The notes under the pieces: model-generated
The model's input: only the letters and a program-made list of their open reading frames with translations
Database searches by the model: none
What the model was told of the DNA's origin: nothing
In this document: positions 60,131 through 64,000 of the stretch, in pieces
How the letters are laid out: every line of letters begins with the position of its first letter
How positions within the stretch are numbered: the first letter of the stretch is position 1
Origin: Acidimicrobiales bacterium
GTDB lineage: Bacteria > Actinomycetota > Acidimicrobiia > Acidimicrobiales > Ilumatobacteraceae
Direction: 5' to 3'
Length of the DNA stretch: 64,000 nucleotides
Assembly: GCA_025463415.1 (NCBI GenBank)
Contig: JAOBWO010000169.1
Location: forward strand, 9,894 to 73,893
Made by a program: the position numbers and the translations under genes

Positions 60131-61426
60131 TCAGAGCGTCGGCAGGTTCTGTTGTCGGCCGATCAGCGCGGCGAGCGGATCGCCGCATCGCAGCAGGCGT
60201 TCACCGATGTTGTCGATGTTCCAGCGGTCACTGCGCAGTTCCGGATCGTCGAGCTCGTCCCAGGTGATGGGTACCGAGACAGGCGCTCCCGGCGCGGGTC
60301 GAACGGCGAACGGGGCGACGAGGGTCTTGTTGATCGCGTTCTGAGAGAAGTCGAGGCGGGAGAGCCCGTCTCGGTTGGCCGTCTCCCACTCCCAGCTGAC
60401 GGTGTCGGGGACGACCTTCCCGATCGTGCGTGACAACTGCTCGACCCATCGCCGGGTGTCGGTGAACGAGTAGCCGTCGCGCACGGGCATCCAGATCTGG
60501 ATACCGCGCTTGCCCGTCACCTTCGGGCATCCATCGATCTGCAGATGTTCCAACGCAGTGCGGTGCAGCCGGGCAAGCGTCAACAGCTCATCGAACGTGG
60601 TCCGCTCGCCCGGGTCGATGTCGATCATCGCCCACGTCGGTTGGTGAGGATGGGCGGCGGTCGATGTCCACGGATGGAGCTCGATCGCTCCGAAGTTCGC
60701 AGCCCACGCCAACGACGCAGGCGAGTCCAAGATCGCGTAGGTCTGCGTCTCGCCTGGATCGGCTTCGTCGCTGTCCCAGCGGGTCAGCCAGTCGGGAGCG
60801 TGGGCGGGCGCGGCCTTGTGCCAGAAGCCCGGCTTGGCGATGCCGTCGGGAGAGCGATGCAGGTTGATCGGGCGTCCCGCCGTGTACGGCAGGATCGACG
60901 GCGCGAACGTCGCGTAGTGGCGGACGAGGTCGCGTTTGGTTCGCGCCGGCTGACCGTCGCTCGCGGGGAACAGCACCTTGTCGAGGTTCGTCAAGCGAAC
61001 GGTTCGCCCGCCGATCACCCACTCTCCCGCCTTGCGGATGGCGTCGAGCTCAGCGAGCTCGCCGGGTGTCGGAGCTGCCCAGATCGCCGAGCTGTTCCAG
61101 GTCGCGGCCGGCGCCACCTTCACCTCGTCGTTCGTGCGTCCCGACTTCACCGACAGTGGGTGATCGTCGATCCGCCAGCCGGTGAGCGCATGCTCGTCGT
61201 GCTTGTGGATGAGCAACCACTGCTCCCGCTCGCTTCTGCTGGCCCGATGACGCTGCACCACGAAGCGTCGACCGTCGGGTGTCGGAGGATGCCCGAGGGC
61301 TCGATCCGTTGTGGGAGTGCCCGATGGCTCGGGTGTCGCGTCGAAGTCGCGCTTGCGGCGGTAGGTGGTCAGACGATCCTCATCGTCGACCGTTGTCGTT
61401 GCTCCGTGGCTACCTCGACGCGGCAT
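60131..61426 (-). CDS. LigD polymerase/primase-domain protein (NHEJ) with vestigial N-terminal phosphoesterase segment
   Basis: The polymerase domain is VRLTNLDKVLFP...TKRDLVRHY...GRPINLHRSPDG...ELHPW...MIDIDPG...KVTGKRGIQIWMPV...SRLDFSQNAINKTLVAPFAVRP. The N-terminus YRRKRDFDATPEP...RFVVQRHRASR jumps straight to WLLIHKHDEHA. Confidence 0.85.
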   Translation of the reverse strand: MPRRGSHGATTTVDDEDRLTTYRRKRDFDATPEPSGTPTTDRALGHPPTPDGRRFVVQRHRASRSEREQWLLIHKHDEHALTGWRIDDHPLSVKSGRTNDEVKVAPAATWNSSAIWAAPTPGELAELDAIRKAGEWVIGGRTVRLTNLDKVLFPASDGQPARTKRDLVRHYATFAPSILPYTAGRPINLHRSPDGIAKPGFWHKAAPAHAPDWLTRWDSDEADPGETQTYAILDSPASLAWAANFGAIELHPWTSTAAHPHQPTWAMIDIDPGERTTFDELLTLARLHRTALEHLQIDGCPKVTGKRGIQIWMPVRDGYSFTDTRRWVEQLSRTIGKVVPDTVSWEWETANRDGLSRLDFSQNAINKTLVAPFAVRPAPGAPVSVPITWDELDDPELRSDRWNIDNIGERLLRCGDPLAALIGRQQNLPTL

Positions 61427-61523
61427 GGCCGGATCTCTACCCGGCCAGCCGATCATGAAACGATCGCGGGCCATCGAACAACGGTGCGCAGACGCCTCAC
61501 CGCAGGCGGAGGCGACACCGAGA

Positions 61524-62549
61524 TCAGAGCCGGCCCAGACCCTCCGCGGCGCGGTCGCACCACCAGCCCAGCTCGTCCTCGTCGCCCAAGGCCTTCTCCC
61601 AACCGAACTGCACCACGGCGCCCAGCATCGCGAGGGACAGCTGGCGGTCCCACCACGCCTCGGTCGCGATGCCGTGGCGCTCCAGCGCGGTGCGGAAGTC
61701 GGCGATCACCCGCTCCTTGGTGTGGCCCGCCGGCAGCTTCGCTCGGTTCAGCGCCAGGTACCACCCGAGCTCATGGCACGCAGGACCGGCACCGAGGTAC
61801 ACCCAGTCGATGAGCACCGTCCGTTCTGCGGTGCTGCCGAGGTTGCCCGCCTTCCAGTCCCCGTGCAGGAAGCACGACGGTGTCGTTGCGAGCGCCGCGG
61901 CCAACGGAGTCACGTCGTAGCGCAACGCGTCGATGGCAGCCGCGACCGTGCCGGGTGTGCGTTCGGCGAAGCGCAGCCAGCCCTCGTCGGCGATCTGAGG
62001 GACTCGTTCGGGCCAACCGAGCGCTCTGTCCCCGTCGATCGCGGCATGGCCGAAGAACTCCCAGCGGGCGCCGTACGGCATCAGGCCGATGTCGTCCTGC
62101 CAACCCCACGTCGCCGCGGACATCGCCGCGAGGTGGTCGAGGAAGTCGAGGTGCTGCTGCTCACCGAACGCGACGTCACCGAGCGCCGCCAGCGCCGTCG
62201 ACAGGTCACGCATCAGGATCGCGGCACCGAGACCGTCGCGGCCGACGCCGCCGGACATGCCCACGATCCCGTGGTCGATGACGGAGGGCGTCACGTCGTA
62301 CAACCCGGCGACCCAGGCGCGGATCGAACGGCACTCGACGTCGCCGGTGGCTCGCATCGCGAAGTCGTCGTCGACGTGCAGGTACTTCAGGATCATCGGC
62401 TCGTCGCCGAACCAGACCCGCTCGAAGTGGGACCCGGAGCGGCTGTCCGCCGGATGGAAGGGCTCTCGGCGGATGGCACCGTCGAGGAGCTCGTCGACCG
62501 AGCCGGCCAACGGTCTGGGTTGCAACGTCGTCTGCATGGAGCCGATCAT
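61524..62549 (-). CDS. aminoglycoside/choline-kinase-like phosphotransferase (APH family)
   Basis: CFLHGDWKAGNLG (catalytic HGD.N) and VLIDWVYLG (DW motif). The start is MIGSMQTT (62549) or MQTT (62537). Confidence 0.8.
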   Translation of the reverse strand: MIGSMQTTLQPRPLAGSVDELLDGAIRREPFHPADSRSGSHFERVWFGDEPMILKYLHVDDDFAMRATGDVECRSIRAWVAGLYDVTPSVIDHGIVGMSGGVGRDGLGAAILMRDLSTALAALGDVAFGEQQHLDFLDHLAAMSAATWGWQDDIGLMPYGARWEFFGHAAIDGDRALGWPERVPQIADEGWLRFAERTPGTVAAAIDALRYDVTPLAAALATTPSCFLHGDWKAGNLGSTAERTVLIDWVYLGAGPACHELGWYLALNRAKLPAGHTKERVIADFRTALERHGIATEAWWDRQLSLAMLGAVVQFGWEKALGDEDELGWWCDRAAEGLGRL

Positions 62550-62685
62550 CGTCCAGCCTCGCCATCGGCGCCAGCAGTTCCGCGTCCCGAGCAACCGTCG
62601 GATTCCCTGCTGCACTCGGGGGCTCCGCTGGGCCGCCGCTGACGACCGATGCATGCGGCAGCCGCTCGGTGGGTAGCGGGCGCCC

Positions 62686-63241
62686 ATGACGACGAGCGAG
62701 CGTGAGCAGTTCCGGCAGCGCAACGAGCGGCGAGCGGAATCGGATTTCGAACAGGGGCCGATCACGGCCGATCAAGCGACCGTGCCGGTGCTCGACGCGC
62801 TGCGAGCACGAACGAACTCGGGGGCTCGACGTGGAGCTGGCCGATCACCGCCGGATCATGCTGCCCGTGACCATCGGAGACACAGACGAGTCCATCGATC
62901 AGGCGACCGTGGCGCTCGGCGCCCTCGTCGGGCCCCATCGTGGGTCAACAGGATCTGCGTTCCGACCTGTGCTGCCGCCGCCTTCCGCGCTGCGAACAGA
63001 ACAGAGGACGCGCCCGCGAGACGCGTTCTTCGCCGAGTCCGTCGCGGTGACCCTGGAGGAGGCCGTCGGAGGCTGCAGTGCGGAAGCCGTGACGCCGTAC
63101 CCACCGGGCATACCGCTGCTCGTACCCGGCGAGGTCGTGACCGCGGAGATCGTCGACGCGCTCGATCAGCACGCCGCGGCCGGCGGTGTCACCGTGGGCG
63201 CCGGGGACTCGACCCTGCGCACGTTTCGGGTCGAGACCTGA
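62686..63241 (+). pseudogene. remnant of an Orn/Lys/Arg decarboxylase (PLP fold type I) gene
   Basis: One frame (from 62686) gives an N-terminal-like DQATVPVLDALRA. A +1-shifted frame (from 62702) gives GLDVELADHRRIMLPVTIGDTDESID and PRDAFFAESVAVTLEEAVGGCSAEAVTPYPPGIPLLVPGEVVTAEIVDAL, the OKR_DC_1 C-terminal region. The ~300-aa PLP core is absent. Confidence 0.6.
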
Positions 63242-63260
63242 ACCGACCTGAACGCACGAA

Positions 63261-64000
63261 TCAGACCATCGCCTGGGTCTGCGAGTCCCGCTCGCGATAT
63301 TCGATCAGGAGCAGCGTGGCGTCGTCGTTGAGCCCTTCGTCGACGTAGTCGATGACGTTGGCCGACAGCCGCCGGGCGGTCTCCGCGACGGGAACGCCGT
63401 CGAGGGCCGCGCGAACGAGGAAGTCGGACAGCCGCTCGCGCCCGAAGTGCTCGCCGTCCGGCGATCGGGACTCGGTGATCCCGTCGGTGTAGAACAACAG
63501 GCGATCGCCGCGTTGCAGCTGGTGCGTCGCGACTTCGACGACGGGGCCACCAAGTCCGAGCGGCATGGACGGGGTGCAGGTGAGCTCGCCGGCGTAGGTG
63601 CCGTTGCGGACGAGCATCGGCAACACGTGCCCTGCGTTCACCCACGTGAGGATCCCTGTGTCGAAGTCGAGGGAGCCGAACTGGCCGGTGACGTAGTACG
63701 AGTCACCGAACCTGGTCTGGATCAGCTGGTCAGCGCCACGAAATGCGGCGACGATGTCGGTGCCGGTGCGGCGGGCGCTGCGAAGGCTGTTGATGGCGGC
63801 CGCGGACATCAGCACCGCAGACATCCCATGCCCGATCGCATCGACGATCGCGAACTGCAGTTGGGCACCGTTGATCGCGTAGTCGAACGAGTCGCCGCCG
63901 ATCTCGTAGGCGGGCTCGAGGATCCCGCTGACGGCGACGTCGTCGGTGGAACAGGACAGCGGGGGAAGCAGATCCCACTGCACTTCGGCCGCAGCCGTGA
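63261..64000 (-). CDS. PP2C/SpoIIE-family serine phosphatase, 3' part (gene continues past the right edge)
   Basis: EIGGDSFDY...FAIVDAIGHGMSAVLMS...WVNAGHVLPML...LLFYTDGITES...NDDATLLLIE. The frame stays open from 63983 to 64000. Confidence 0.85.
   Translation of the reverse strand, partial: TAAAEVQWDLLPPLSCSTDDVAVSGILEPAYEIGGDSFDYAINGAQLQFAIVDAIGHGMSAVLMSAAAINSLRSARRTGTDIVAAFRGADQLIQTRFGDSYYVTGQFGSLDFDTGILTWVNAGHVLPMLVRNGTYAGELTCTPSMPLGLGGPVVEVATHQLQRGDRLLFYTDGITESRSPDGEHFGRERLSDFLVRAALDGVPVAETARRLSANVIDYVDEGLNDDATLLLIEYRERDSQTQAMV

Noticed and set aside
1-64000. Search by eye for tRNA/rRNA genes, transposases, integrases, phage structural genes, toxin-antitoxin pairs and known defence cassettes.
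   Set aside because: I found no T-loop/acceptor-like tRNA signatures, no rRNA-like stretch, and no DDE/tyrosine-recombinase motifs in any translated ORF. The NERD protein, the STAND ATPase and the cyclase/CNB pair are the only defence-flavoured elements, and none sits in a recognisable canonical cassette. Absence is by inspection only, not by tRNAscan/Infernal.

Overview
This is 64 kb of visibly high-GC, Actinomycetota-style chromosome: G/C at most third codon positions, frequent GTG/TTG starts, and many 4-nt ATGA/GTGA start/stop overlaps. The window is almost entirely coding. I can support about 60 protein genes and three gene remnants. I recognised no rRNA, tRNA, CRISPR array, transposase, integrase or phage gene. 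All functional calls come from reading the supplied translations (plus a few manual translations) against remembered family motifs; no database search, HMM or folding was run. Most start codons were refined by hand and are less certain than the stops.

Content is mostly accessory and environment-facing:
- amidohydrolases and small-molecule enzymes
- two ECF sigma factors
- three two-component modules
- two ABC exporters
- an MFS/TetR pair and a TauD/TetR pair
- a P450
- an ArsR-ArsC fusion
- a LigD polymerase
- many secreted or membrane-anchored proteins of unknown function

Most noteworthy regions:
1. 40.7-49.1 kb: a translationally coupled operon of four uncharacterised envelope/cytoplasmic proteins. 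One is an 854-aa surface protein with an HEFGH zinc-protease motif. It lies downstream of a STAND ATPase regulator whose SARP DNA-binding module sits at the C-terminus rather than the N-terminus.
2. 29.9-40.1 kb: a signalling/transport supercluster. One tightly packed operon encodes a cNMP-binding protein, a REC-LuxR_HTH-class III cyclase fusion with non-canonical substrate residues, an ABC ATPase, a multi-TM GAF histidine kinase and a double-FtsX permease.
3. 56.5-58.9 kb: a tapA-sipW-tasA-like cluster. Two paralogous small secreted proteins flank an ER/archaeal-type signal peptidase, directly downstream of an ECF sigma factor.
4. 5163-5331: a perfect 28-bp inverted repeat in the only long non-coding gap.
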